Assembly (NCBI GenBank): GCA_946965045.2
Contig: OX337230.1
Coordinates: 4,216,001-4,280,000, forward strand
Direction of reading: 5' to 3'
Origin: Epithemia pelagica
Taxonomy: Eukaryota > Protista > Bacillariophyta
DNA length: 64,000 nt
Below the pieces are notes generated by a model, which was not told the origin of the DNA, did not search any database, and saw only the letters and a list, made by a program, of their open reading frames with translations. Every line of letters starts with the position of its first letter. Position 1 is the stretch's first letter. Shown one piece after another: positions 10,590-22,685 of this stretch. A program made the position numbers and the translations under genes.

Positions 10590-11280
10590 CACGAATGAAA
10601 ACGTTGATATGGATCAATGAGGCTTCTTCGAGTTTGTGTTTCTTGTGGATTGCGACGGTTCGATTTTGGCATGGACTGGTCGACCCGTCACAACCACAAC
10701 ACTCGATGAGTCCGACGCAGGTCTCTTCCTTTCATGCCTGACAAAAGGCACCCGGTCAAGAACGAAAAAGTGGCATTGTTTGCGAGTACCAAACCTTGAT
10801 GGCTTCTTGTTGGCCGAAGGGAATAATGGTCCCACTACTACAACGTGTTGGGATTTAGAAGCCGAAACCGAAGTGGCCGAGATTCCTACCAGAGTGGGTG
10901 CGGAAGCCTGTGTCACCACACTGACTACAGCATGGGAGTATGAATTGGTGAGTGGTACGACGGAAGGTACCATCCAGGCATGGGATTTGCGCATGGTGTC
11001 AAGTCTTTGGACGATTGAAGCTCAACGCAGTGTCATGACGACCATGGCCGTCCATGCTCAAGTGCCCATGATTGCCACGGGGTCGGGAGCGCAATGTATC
11101 AAACTCTTGACACCGGAAGGAGAAACGGCTCCAGCCATTCGCAATCATAAAGTGGGAGGATCCTCCTCGCATCATCGCATTGGACCCGTGAGTTGTCTGG
11201 CCTTTCACAAGTACAAACCCCTCATGGCAGCCGGAGCGACCGATAGCTTTATTGGCCTGTACAAACTAGCTGGTTTCTAA
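10590..11280 (+). pseudogene. RPTOR: Decayed fragment of the Raptor (KOG1) C-terminal WD40 region
   Basis: The C-terminus HAQVPMIATGSGAQCIKLL...RIGPVSCLAFHKYKPLMAAGATDSFIGLY matches the Raptor end as I recall it. Upstream Raptor-like segments alternate between two frames (WINEASSSL / FLVDCDGS / RFWHGL...SSFHA*...KSGIVCEYQ / GFLLAEGN..CWDLEAE). No N-terminal RNC/HEAT region is nearby. Confidence 0.65.
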
Positions 11281-11695
11281 GAATACTTGAACGACACAAT
11301 GGTGTTCAATGTATAGAGTTTCTTACAGCCAAGATGATACCACTGAAGTAAGAGAGCGATGGGCCAGAAGGAGCATTCTAGTATCATTTGCTACTTTCAC
11401 GAGAAACGACATTCCGAATGTCAGGACGGGTTCCTGGTGTATTTTGTTGTTGTTGCACCACAAAGCACTGTGCTTGTGGAAAACATGAGAAAGGAGTGAG
11501 GCACTGCACGCACAATCTTCTGGTATTCGTAAAATTTCCCCCTGTTGTATTAGTGAATGGTTTTTGGCCGGTACACAACGTGTGGCCGCTCCCAAAATGG
11601 ACCTGTACTGTGTGGTACTGTTCGTGTCGTTGAGGATGGACAGACTCTCTCCTTTGGGAATTCGGTATAGAAATGGCTGCCTGCCTTGCTGGCTG

Positions 11696-12397
11696 TTACT
11701 TGGTTTTGTGGTTCCAGGAAAACCATTGCTTCCAGGCAGATTTATTAGATTGGCTGGTGGTGCCGGAGGAGGAAATCATGGTACCCCCACTACTAAGACT
11801 ACTGCAACAGTGGTGGAATGATGGATCACAAGCAATCGTAGTCGTGGTCAACGGGTGAGTCGGTGGTTGCTGCTGGGAATTAGATTTGGAGGAGGAGACG
11901 ACTGGGTCTCGTCGTTGTTTGCTTTGCTTGGCTGCTGCAGCGGCTGACTCTTGGAGTAGTCGACGTTCTGTTGGGATGAAAGATAGAATAGAGAATTCCA
12001 CAAAACCAACCAACCAACGAACAAGCAAACGCAAAACATCCATCAAAGTAGTGTGTGAGACTCATTCATTGTATCGTCTTGCTGCTTATTTGTAGAAATA
12101 ATTCTATGTTTGAATGAATCATTGTACTCTCTGCAAGGCCGAATGAATATATGTCAGTATATCGCTTCTCTTACCAAGGCCAAAGTCGTACAAGGGGGCA
12201 ATTGGCGAGTTCGAAGTGACAGCAGCGGCTTGGAGGCACAAGAGAGGCAGTCGAATGGGAGGACGTGGGGATTGGTGGGAAGGATCAACGACTCGAACGC
12301 GGCAGACCGACAGCAAGGAATGGTCGTCGTTGTCGTTGTCAGTGTTGTGATTGTGATAACACGAGGACGCTTGTTTCATGGGTCTTGGTTGTTTCAT
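11696..12397 (-). CDS. Small UMA-like-domain protein without UBA tail (~164 aa); join(12175..12397,11696..11967)
   Basis: The spliced product reads CRVRVVDPSHQSPRPPIRLPLLCLQAAAVTSNSPIAPLYDFGL^ERRLLQ. The phase-1 GTAAGA...CAG intron (11968-12174) sits at the same codon as in the two paralogs at 16685 and 35460. Confidence 0.72.
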
Positions 12398-12794
12398 CAA
12401 TGATTCGTTCGTAAGAGAGAGAGAGAGAGAGGTGGTGAAAAATGAGAGATAGTGTGCGTTTGTCTCTTGTGTTGCGAGGAAAGAGAGAGAGAACAACAAG
12501 AAGCATGTACGCAAAAGCAGCAGAAGCCCTTCCAGCGTTTGTGAGGAGGTTCGAGCGAGTGTGTGGCGGAGTCATCACCTCGCGCGACTGGCACCTCTCT
12601 TTTGTTTGTCGCGACTGATGACGGTCCTGCGCGCGCATGCCAACCGCAACCGCACGTGACTCAAGATCCGGGTATTCTGCTGCTCGCCCCCTCTAAATTA
12701 TACTGGGACACTTTTCTCTGAGCTTTCGCCCCCTCCTGCCCTTGATTTTGGGGATGCCACAAATCTTCTTGTGTTTGGTTCAACCTATTCGACC

Positions 12795-13631
12795 ATGAGC
12801 TCTCCCTCCGCTGCTGCCGCTGCTGCGGCTACGACCGCCATGTTTTCCGTGGCTGGTAAAAATGTCTTGGTGACGGGAGGATCGCGTGGGATTGGATACA
12901 TGATTGCCAAGGGGTTTTGTGAACAAGGGGCCAATGTCTTGCTGACGAGTCGATCGGAACAAGCTTGTCACGAGGCGGCCACCACTCTCAAGTGTCGTTA
13001 CGTGGTTTCTACCCTGTCCCATCGACAAGGTTGTGAAGCCTTGGCCCAACAGGTGGCGAAATTCTTTGACAATCGACTCGATATTTTGATCAACAATGCC
13101 GGTACCAGTTGGGGCGAACCGCTGGACCGCGAGAGTGGAGCGGCCAATTGGGGCTTTGACAAGGTCTTGGACTTGAATGTCAAGAGTATTTTTTACTTGA
13201 CCCGCGCCTGTTTGCCGTATTTGGAACAGGCTGCCACGGCCGATCATCCAGCGCGAATCATTAATGTCGGCAGTGTGGCCGGTCTCACACCGCAAGATGC
13301 TCCCACTCATGCCTACGATGCCTCCAAGGCAGCCGTCCATCAATTGACACGCAAATTGGCGGCCGATTTCGCCCCCAAGTCCATTACCGTCAATGCCGTG
13401 GCACCGGGCTTTGTGCCCAGTCGCATGAGTGCTGGATTGGCCACGTGGGGAGCCGACGAACAAGCCTTGACAGCCAGTGTTCCATTGAAGCGCATGGGCA
13501 AGGATACCGACATGGCGGGAGCCTGTGTGTACTTGTCCAGTGCCGCTGGATCGTGGGTCACAGGCACTGTCTTGGTGGTCGATGGAGGAGCCGTAGGAGC
13601 TCAACAATTGTCCTTTACGTCCCATTTGTAA
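12795..13631 (+). CDS. Classical short-chain dehydrogenase/reductase (RhlG/FabG-like), possible peroxisomal PTS1 (-SHL)
   Basis: VTGGSRGIG NAD(P) motif, LINNAG, YDASK (YxxxK), VNAVAPG, VDGG. The start could instead be ATG 12840. Confidence 0.92.
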   Translation: MSSPSAAAAAAATTAMFSVAGKNVLVTGGSRGIGYMIAKGFCEQGANVLLTSRSEQACHEAATTLKCRYVVSTLSHRQGCEALAQQVAKFFDNRLDILINNAGTSWGEPLDRESGAANWGFDKVLDLNVKSIFYLTRACLPYLEQAATADHPARIINVGSVAGLTPQDAPTHAYDASKAAVHQLTRKLAADFAPKSITVNAVAPGFVPSRMSAGLATWGADEQALTASVPLKRMGKDTDMAGACVYLSSAAGSWVTGTVLVVDGGAVGAQQLSFTSHL

Positions 13632-14133
13632 ACCAACCAAAAACAAGACACGAACAAGAAGAAGAAGAACAAAGCTATTCACACAAACTAGAAGTGAGTT
13701 GTGGTCTCGATCTATTAGGAAGCGGAATGATCCGATTCAATGTGAACCAATCGAGGATAAGGCACATCTATCGCTATAGTAGCTTCTTTTTTGGAGGGGA
13801 CGAATGAGACGCCCAAAAAAGAAGAAGAAACGAACAGCACACACACCGTGCCGAACGAACGAACTTCCCACCCACACCCAATCGAGCGTGCGAATGACAA
13901 GAGAACCCATGCGACTGGAAGGATAGTTGTCGTAATAGAAAGAGTATTAAACTAGCGTTGAAACGGATTTGTCCTGGAACACCACCCAATCGAAAACAAA
14001 CCCACACTCTAGATAGTCCGAGAGAGAGGGAGAGTTGTGGCTCTCTCTCACAGTTTGTATAGTAATTCTTTCCCTTTTTGTGGTGGAACACTTGTGTGTG
14101 TCGTCGGTTCCTTCCTTCCGTTCGGTATTCGTT

Positions 14134-16263
14134 CTATTCGGGCGGCCGTCCTTGTCGTCGTTTGGTGTGGCGGTTGGGATGCGGTTCGTCGTATTTCCGA
14201 TCGGGTCGTCGGAGCAGTCTCCGTTGTTCTTGTTCTTGTTGTGAACTACTACTACTACTACTATTACGAGTAGGATTCCTGCTTGGATTGTGAGACGGTG
14301 ACGTCCTTCTCGTTGTGGTGGCATAGAGGAGTGTGGCCACGCCTCCCGTTCCCAACACGAGGGTGGGCCACAGGGGCCAAACTGTGCCGTCGGACCGTCC
14401 TCCTCCCAACAACCGCAGCCACAAGGAGGAGGATCGCGCCATGAGATTCGACACCATGGATTGGACCATGCCTCCCGGTATTACTCCTACCAGTCCATTG
14501 GAAACGGCCCAATAACTGGCCAGTCCCAGACTGCTGGCGGTCAGGGCCCATCGAGCACTGGTTCCGACGGCGGAACTGGCCGCTTGTCGCGTCGTCCGGG
14601 ACATCCAATTCAGGGCCGATGTCGTAAAGGGACGCGTCACGCGTCGAAATTGCGCCCACATGGTGGCAATGGCGGCTTCCACAATAATACGGGTCGCATC
14701 CTCGTCCGACAAGAGACTGTCAAATTCGTCGTCGTCGTCATCGTCATCCAGTGCCTGCAAGGGATCCTCCTCCTCATCGTCGTCGTCAATTTCTTCTTCC
14801 TCTTCTTCAATGGCACTGACAATGGCCGAATGATCGGCCGCCATGGACGTGGATTGCGGGGGCAATCCCAATCCTCGCGCCATGGACTGCGCCTGTTCCT
14901 GGGACAATCCCCCCGTCAAATCATTGGCACCAACATCCAATCCCAAATCACTCGCCGCGGATGATTCTTCGTCGAGATCGAGACGGCGACCACCGTGGGG
15001 ATGCAAGGCGGCCGTCAACCTCGCCGATGGCAAGGCTCGATCCAAGATGCGACGATGATGTTCCTCTTCTTCTTCTTGTTCTTCATGATGCTGTACCGAA
15101 TGGATCCAGGAGGAGGTTTCCTCGGGATGCTGTGCCAGTCGCCTCGCATTGTTGTGGTGGTGACCACCTTGTTCCAATTGTTGTTGTTGTTGATAGCGTT
15201 CGCGTCCGAGCAACAAACTCATGAATTGGGGACCGAGAAATTGTCCCATACCGGGTCGTTCCAAGACTTGTCGATGCCGGCGGGGTAAGCGTCGAATAAA
15301 GGCCGTTCGTTGGTCGGGTGTCAAACCGGGCAAAAAGTACAAGACCAGGTACCGATGCAAACTGCCCGAATTGGACTCACTGGAGTGGTGCAAAGTGGAC
15401 ATGAAAAAGTCGTGCAAGGATTCTTGCGTCAAGAGTTGAACAAGTCGGTCCGGCAACAATTCGCCAAAGCCCCGATACCGGGCATAATGATAAAATTCCG
15501 ACACGGCATAGCGTTGCACGTGTTGCATGGTCAGGGCCGACGTGGCCGTGGCCGCCACCAAGGCACAAAAGGCCGTATAGGGCAAGATTATATACAAAAA
15601 GACTGTCACGGACAGCAACCAGGCGGCCACCAGCCGGGTAATGCGTTGTCTCAAGTCTCGTTCGTGGTCTTCGTATTCTTGTTGCGTCAAGGTAGCTGAA
15701 TTGTTGTAGTGGTTGACATGGTGGTTGGAACCATTGTACTGCGCCTGTGCCGTCAAGGACGAAAGCAATTGAGTGTTCAACATGGTCAAGGGACCGTACT
15801 GATTGTTATTGTTGTTGGCGGAAGCAGACGGAGGTGCCACCTTGTGCACCGGTGGCGACGTCATGCCCAAGGAGGAATGATGCGGATAGTGGGACGTATC
15901 GGGAAATCGAATGATTGGCGTCATCATGGAAGATGACATGCCCGATTGAACGGATTCATCCGTGCAATAGGTTCGTGCTTCGCGACTCGTATTCAAGGGA
16001 ATCCGCATATCGTGAGGTTCATCCTCATGTTCGTCATGGTGTTCCTCCTCATGGTCATCATGTTCGTCATCATCATCCTCGTGACTGTCGTTGCCAGTGC
16101 GGGGACGAACCACGACTTCTCGTGCCGGTGGTTTCCGATCGTCTTCCTCTTCCTCATCATCTAATAATACACGGTCGTTGCTATCCACATCGTCTCCCTC
16201 ATCCTCGTCATTGTCGTCGTCCTTCGAAGGCGGTCTCTTGGTGTTGGGGTCTGCCGGTTTCAT
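14134..16263 (-). CDS. Hypothetical low-complexity membrane protein (709 aa)
   Basis: Long intronless ORF with acidic/His/Asn tracts, two N-proximal hydrophobic segments (LVAAWLLSVTVFLYIILPY; TAFCALVAATATSALTM) and C-terminal hydrophobic segments. Confidence 0.75.
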   Translation of the reverse strand: MKPADPNTKRPPSKDDDNDEDEGDDVDSNDRVLLDDEEEEDDRKPPAREVVVRPRTGNDSHEDDDDEHDDHEEEHHDEHEDEPHDMRIPLNTSREARTYCTDESVQSGMSSSMMTPIIRFPDTSHYPHHSSLGMTSPPVHKVAPPSASANNNNNQYGPLTMLNTQLLSSLTAQAQYNGSNHHVNHYNNSATLTQQEYEDHERDLRQRITRLVAAWLLSVTVFLYIILPYTAFCALVAATATSALTMQHVQRYAVSEFYHYARYRGFGELLPDRLVQLLTQESLHDFFMSTLHHSSESNSGSLHRYLVLYFLPGLTPDQRTAFIRRLPRRHRQVLERPGMGQFLGPQFMSLLLGRERYQQQQQLEQGGHHHNNARRLAQHPEETSSWIHSVQHHEEQEEEEEHHRRILDRALPSARLTAALHPHGGRRLDLDEESSAASDLGLDVGANDLTGGLSQEQAQSMARGLGLPPQSTSMAADHSAIVSAIEEEEEEIDDDDEEEDPLQALDDDDDDDEFDSLLSDEDATRIIVEAAIATMWAQFRRVTRPFTTSALNWMSRTTRQAASSAVGTSARWALTASSLGLASYWAVSNGLVGVIPGGMVQSMVSNLMARSSSLWLRLLGGGRSDGTVWPLWPTLVLGTGGVATLLYATTTRRTSPSHNPSRNPTRNSSSSSSSQQEQEQRRLLRRPDRKYDEPHPNRHTKRRQGRPPE

Positions 16264-16684
16264 GGTGCTTTGTTGGAGTGACGCGTTGTGTGTGTGTGTG
16301 TGTGCGACGTTTGGAAGGTTTTGGTTGTGGAGAGACAGCCCCTGGAACCACTCTACTACTACTGCTTCAACTCGAAAGGACTTTGGATGCTACGACAAGA
16401 AACATTCCATGAGGACTATGGTAGAAGAGAGGAGGGAGGAGAGCACACTGCGAGACAGCGACTTGAGACTTTTGAGACCTGCGGGTTGTGCCTCGGCGCA
16501 CATTCGCTGCCAAATCAACGGGGGGCGGGGGTGAGTGAGTGAGTGCGAGCGAGCGAACCAAAAAAAGGTGGTTCGTGTGTTCTTCGCCCGTCCTCCAAGA
16601 CTCAGGAGTCGGTTTCGCCGCGGGACTCACGCGGTGGTGAACGACGACGCCATTTCACCATCAACCTTTTCATCTCTATCGACC

Positions 16685-17151
16685 ATGGTGGTGATGGCTT
16701 CGGACGATCTCCCCTATCCCAATTTGGTGACATGTCGGGTGGTACTCCAAGGGAGTACGAAGGGCATGGACAAGCCACCGGTCCGATTGACACCCGACTG
16801 TCTGCAAGCGGCCGAAACGTTGCGATTGCGACCCGTCTATGATTTTGAACTGGGTAAGGAAAGCACAACCATTCTCCATGGTTCTGGATGATGATCGATT
16901 CGTGGTCTGACCCTTGTCATTCATTTTGGCGTGTGGCGTTAGAAAAACGAGTCTTGGCGCAGGATGAACTGCGACGATCGAGTAATACGAGTAGTAGCAG
17001 CAACAATCCATATGATGCCGAGGAACTCAAAAAGGCGGTCTTGGCCAAAATGAAATCTGTCACCAAGGCGCAAGAAGAAATTTGTGTGGCCTTGTTGGAA
17101 GATCACAAGTACGATTTGAAAACCTCGATTGAAGCCTTTTATGCGTCCTAA
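16685..17151 (+). CDS. UMA-like + UBA-like protein (UBAP1-like architecture, 125 aa); join(16685..16853,16943..17151)
   Basis: Spliced sequence: MVVMASDDLPYPNLVTCRVVLQGSTKGMDKPPVRLTPDCLQAAETLRLRPVYDFEL^EKRVLAQ...AVLAKMKSVTKAQEEICVALLEDHKYDLKTSIEAFYAS. The intron 16854-16942 is GTAAGG...TTAG, phase 1. Confidence 0.8.
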
Positions 17152-17398
17152 ACATATGCCGAATATGGGGATGCAGATGGTTCAAATGCCGCACACAACA
17201 ACAACAACCACGGGAACATTGTACTATTACAGCAAATATTCGTGCAATTGTCATGTATAGTAACAAATGATAGAGAAACAAGGACAACAACAGTACAGCA
17301 TCTTGAGAAGCATGCCTTGTTTGGCAGTAGGAGGAGCCGGTACAAGACGATATGGTCCAACCTCTCTATATTAGCTATTGGAGAATACTCTGGAATGG

Positions 17399-18678
17399 CT
17401 ACGCGACCTTGTACTTATCCTCTCCATGATTCACATTATCGTCATTCCGGTCCACCTCGTCGGGCTCCAGCTGCGAATCCACAGACTTCTCCTTGGTCTC
17501 GGTGGTGGTAGCTGCACTGGTCGGCTCCTCCTCCTCCTCCTCGGACGAAACAATCTCGATAGACTTTGTAGACTCTTCCATGGTCTCGGTACTGGTAACC
17601 TTAGCTCCACTGGTCACCTCCTCCTTCGACGAAACAATCTCGATGGACGATACTAAAAAGTCAATTGATTGAGATTTGCCCAAGCGATAGGCATAGCCAA
17701 AGAATACACAGCAACAGATCAGCCAGATACCAGCGCAAACACCCATGTCCGTGTTGTTATCCCAGATGCACCTCGCCATATATGACACGGCCTCATTGAG
17801 GCCAATGTAAAATACTGCCAAGAGCAGTTTGTGGGTCCATGAGACAATGTAATAGAGGTTCCCATTCGATGGTCGATGATCGTCCTCGTGGTCTCCCATG
17901 ATCCGAAAATAAAACTTTCGAACATGTATCGCGATTCACGTAAACTCGATCACGGACAAGTTTTTTCCGCGTGTTGCCACAAAGAACGCCGTCGAGAGGA
18001 CTGCCAACCATGGCGATATCACTGATACAATGCGAGCGCCGTCCAGAGCACCCCAGCAATCCATATTCAAAATGTTTCCCACAAAGGATGCTTGACTCGC
18101 CGCAATGAGAACCAGAGAGTTTTGTGCGCGACCAATCGCCACCAGGAGTATGGCCGCCAGTGTTCCGAGGATCGGACCGCCCGCGGCAATCATGGCTTCA
18201 TCAAAAAGACTTGAACTGAACGTGTTGGGTCTAACAAAGGCCCCCAAAGAAGGGGACAAAAATGATGGGGTAGAATTCCACACCCAGCATCACCATCACA
18301 ATGGCGTGCCCGACTTCGTGAACCATGACGGCGACAAAGTAGTAGAACACAAAGTCTCGTCCCATCTGATTCTCTATGTTGCGGCTTTCGACTTCTGATT
18401 TTTGCCAGGCGGAGCAGCCTTACCCAGTTCAGAACAGTCGCAACAAAATCGTTGAAATAAGAAGGCTTTTTGTTACCATCCCCATCTTCTGACGACACAA
18501 CGCGGATATTCTCGGATGGGCGACTAGCTTCGTTGTTTGTTTTGTCGTTTTCAAGGGTCGTGTCGTCGTTGGACAAACGCGTTGTTGTCTCCTTTGATTC
18601 AACTTCTTCTTTGGCCACTGGTTCTTTGTCCGCCCAGCCGCGCAACAGCGTAGTAGTACTGGTCGTTGTCGCTTCCAT
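17399..18678 (-). pseudogene. Peptidase M50 (site-2-protease-like) pseudogene, copy A
   Basis: Relative to the intact copy at 33386 there is a net -29-nt deletion near 18395, a +1 G at 18241-18245, and CGA->TGA at 17936-17938. The HEVGH coding sequence is still present but out of frame. Confidence 0.85.
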
Positions 18679-20118
18679 CCTTGACAAAACTCTTAGAGAG
18701 GCTCGTAAAAAAGCAGTTGATCCGAAAACCAAGACGTTTTGGTTCGGCTTCGTTTGTATGGCAAAGCATATCCAATCAACATGTGAATGCGGAACAAACT
18801 TTAATCAAGCCAAATACTCGGAACACCGGTCCATATTTTGCAGATCCACGAGTTACTCATGTTTTTTGTGTTTCCAGTCGCGCGACTTCCCACTCGCTCA
18901 AACGTACGCACAAACGCTGGAATGGATGGCGACTGCGGATCATGTTCGTGTCATCTCTTGTCTCTTGAATTCTTGTTATGGTTGCTGTTCGTTCCCTCGT
19001 TGCAATCAACACCACTGGGATGCTCTATACTGCTTTCCTGCCGCTTCATTATTCCATTGACATGGTTCGAGTAAGGTGGGAGTAGAGAGAAACTAACCAG
19101 AACAATACGACAGCAGCAATATCAATATCATCAAATCCATGGTGACCAGGGCGAACACCCAATTGTGATTGTCTCTATCGAGTCGAATTACTCCACCACT
19201 ATAGTGAGGCGCTCACTAATTGGTCGGCTTGGTCCAACGATTGGTTTTTTTGGATTTCTCGCAAAGGAGCGTTCGTATGGAGTGGTCCACATGACAACGA
19301 ATCTTGAATGTAGGCATATAATATACTGTCCAAAGTCAAACGCCAATGGACCCGCGACGAATCGCATACACGGAAACATTCTCCATTGGTCTGTTTTTAG
19401 CAGCACCACCGGAACGTTTCGCCCGCATTGGTCCGTCCACAATCTGGAACACTGTATCTATGGAACTAACCCTCGACAGGATCACGTTCGTTTGTAGTTC
19501 TTTCCATGTGTGCACGCGACAAATCATGATCCCAAAGCACACTATGTCCAACGAACGGACATAACCGATAGTCAGAATCATGTTGGGAAAAAGCCTATGG
19601 GTCCAGATATGCAGCACACACACCCTCACAACATGTTAGGCATTCTCACGTACCGTGTTGTCACCAAATAAAATCTGGACAAACTTCACACACGGAAACC
19701 AAACGTCCGGATGGACTCCAAACTGCGAGTCAGATTTGAGAAAAGACCACAATGGTAGACAAGGACGACACACGCCCGGTTGATGCATTTTGTTATAGGC
19801 CAAGAAGTATCAAAGGCGTTGGCAGGCACTGCTCACTTTACTCCAAAGACACATCACATGGAGGGTGTAGGATCCTGGTACCTCCAACCCCAACGTTGAT
19901 GATGCAACGTCCATCCGAATTGCAATGTCATTGGCCAGATATTACAATGTCCACCTGTTTCCTGTAGTCCGTCGTAGTGCCAGTGCCAGAGGCCTTTCCT
20001 AGCGATTCCAGTGGCCCACACATGGCTGGCGGGAGAGATGGTCCTCTCGTGTCTTGTAGAAGCAAGACAAATATATAGAGTAGTGGTGCAGACCGTTGCC
20101 GCAGCACAGCGTCTCTCT

Positions 20119-22685
20119 TCATCCTTCCTCCCAGTCCCAAAGACTCACGCCGTTCATGGCCATGCCAGCCGCAAAAATACCCACTCCCAACAACATGTTG
20201 GCATACAAATACGGAGATTGTCCTCCTGCTTGTTGGCGTGGTGGTTGTTTGGGAAGAAGCATGGCCGTACCTTCCATAGTATTAGGCTGCTGCTGGTGAT
20301 GATGATGATGATGACTGCCGCTATTCGTACTGTTGTGACTGTGATGGGAATGACTGGAAATGTGCAAACTGACCGACAGTCCTTGTCCTTGTTGTTCATG
20401 TTCGTGTGGCAGGGATCGACTTGTGGTTTCGGTTGTGGTTTCGGTCGTGGTGGCACTCGGAGGACGTTGATGATGATGATGTCCCTTCATGAGTCGTTTG
20501 AAATCGTCAAAGTCAATCCGTCCGAGATTGGATTCGACTTGGGTCAAACTTTCGAGCCAGACCTTTTCCAAATTGTCGGCATCGACCGAGTGTCCCAACA
20601 TGTCTCGCAAATCTTGCAAGGTAATATACCCCTTGCGTTGCATATCCATGCGATCAAAGGCCAATTGCAAATTGCGATCGTCAATCTTGGCTTGAGATAA
20701 GACGGTGGACAGAAATTCCCGCCAACCAATCGTGCCTCCCCCATCCTCTTGTCGTCGAGGTTTGCCGGCCGCCATGGATTCCAACATGGAATGAATGTCC
20801 TGTTCCGTCAAGAGGGGTCCGAGGGCACCCGTTTCGGCGTATTGGAGTAGCAAGCCCTTCATGGCGTGGAGGGAAATTTCGCCCTTGCCTTCGGTATCCA
20901 TGGTTTCAAACTGGGTCCGCAATTCCACCAATTGTTCTGGTTGCAAGGTAAAACTCAAGACTTTGGACAAGAGTTTTTGCATATCCGATTGTTCCTTAAA
21001 GGCCATGAGGGCTGAAATGGTTTTGGGATGAATCGTCGTCGTATTATTGTTGCTGTTCGTGTGTCGGTCCTTTTTTCTGCCCCAGACTTGAATCCAGGCA
21101 TCGCGTTGACATTCCTTGGCCGTGGGCCGTAAGAGTGGATTGGGATTCAAGAGTCGTTGGACAAAGGCAATGGCTTGGGGACTCACACCATGCCACAATT
21201 CGGCGGGTGCAAAATGGAGTTGGGCCCGTTCAATGTTGCGCTTGACCAAGAGGGGATGTTCGCCGTCCAATCCACCAAAGGGGGTTTCCCCCGACAAGAG
21301 CAAGTAGGTAATGACGCCCAGGGCCCAAATATCGCCCTTTTCATCGTACTGGCCGCGAATCACTTCGGGTGCCACAGTATAGGGCGTTCCGACCTTTTCG
21401 TGATGCAATTGTCCCAAACAAAAGTGTTTGGACAAGCCAAAATCAATCATGCGCAATTCACTGGCCGGGTCGGGGGTGGAAAACAAGAAATTTTCCAATT
21501 TCAAATCGCGATGAATAATGCCCTTGGAATGCAAATAGCGCACGGCCGACAACATTTGTTTGACGAGTTTGGCACATTCATGTTCGGTATAATGAAACTC
21601 GGGTTGTTCATCGAGTCGATCAAACAAGTCGCCGCCCAAACACAATTCTTGCACAATATAAATATAATGATTGCTTTCGTAGACTTCTTCAATGCGGACA
21701 ATATTGGGATGATCGAGTTGACACATGATGTAAATTTCATTCCGCAATTGTTTCAAGCCGAGCGTGGATCCAATCTGCCGCAAATCCAAAATTTTGACGG
21801 CATACTTGACCAAGGTGGCCTTGTGCGTCACGAGTCGGACCACACCCGATACGCCCGAACCCAAAATCAACCCATCCGAAACACCATCGTACACATCTTC
21901 AATCGGACGACCAAAAGATGGCTGTCATAATAGTTGGAGAGAGAGAGAGAGTATCATGATAATAATAGATAGAGTCGTAAGATTGAACGAGTAATACAGA
22001 ACCAGAATACACACACAAAACAAGAACATACACAAAACGACAAACAGAGGAACGGTGTCAGATGTCAAGCTCCTTCACTGCCGACCGGCATTGTAAAGAT
22101 GTTCTCCTCTTCCATATGGGTTCGTACCTCAATGCGCACAACGGTTTGGGACAAGTGTCCATCGGCTACCATTTCTTGTCGCAAACTGGACAAGGCCAAG
22201 ACATTGCTGGCCGAGGGCACGCGATTCATGCCTGTTGTCGTCGTGGTGGAAGTGTTGACATGGCTATTATGTCGGGAACTGCGAGGCGTCGGTGTCGTGA
22301 CGGCCGACGAACAGGACAAGGAGCGATCCAAGGGCCAGGGTCGTCGTCGGTTGCGGGATCCATCCAAGGAGGAGGCCCCCGACGAATATCCGGGACGCAA
22401 GGCCCAGCGCGATCGTTTCATGGCTCTCATCCACAAATTGTTGTTGTTGTTGTTGTTGGTATTGTGGTTGTTTGGATTGTTGTGATTGTTGTTCAAGAGT
22501 GGATCGGTAGCTCCTTGTTCTGGTTGTTCTACTTCTTCGGGAGTTGTGGAAGTTTGCACTTCAATCAAGGCCGATCGCAATCGAGGAGGGACATCGTAGT
22601 ATTGTCCGGTCGATCGTCGGCGGTGATGAGGATGATGATTGCCCGAAGTCCCTCCCCAACTCGATTGCGTCGTCAAGGTACTCAC
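20119..22685 (-). CDS. Calcium-dependent protein kinase (CDPK-like, kinase + EF hands), ~786 aa; join(22128..22685,20119..21921)
   Basis: Motifs LGSGVSGVV, YAVK, HRDLKLEN, DFGLS, GTPYTVAPE, and EF-hand-like loops DTEGKGEIS and DMQRKGYIT. A phase-0 intron 21922-22127 (GTACGA...ACAG) joins ..TVVRIE to PSFGRPIEDVYDG.., which explains the orphan 22065-22685 ORF. Confidence 0.9.

Larger units (their letters stand above)
16682..22010. repeat. Arm A of ~5.3-kb inverted segmental duplication
   Basis: Gene order UMA-UBA(+), M50(-), unknown segment, CDPK exon 2(-) is mirrored at 30120-35463, with colinear nucleotide similarity that includes intergenic DNA. Confidence 0.9.

Noticed and set aside
22065-22685. 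Stand-alone 206-aa ORF
   Set aside because: It is exon 1 of the CDPK, joined in phase through intron 21922-22127.
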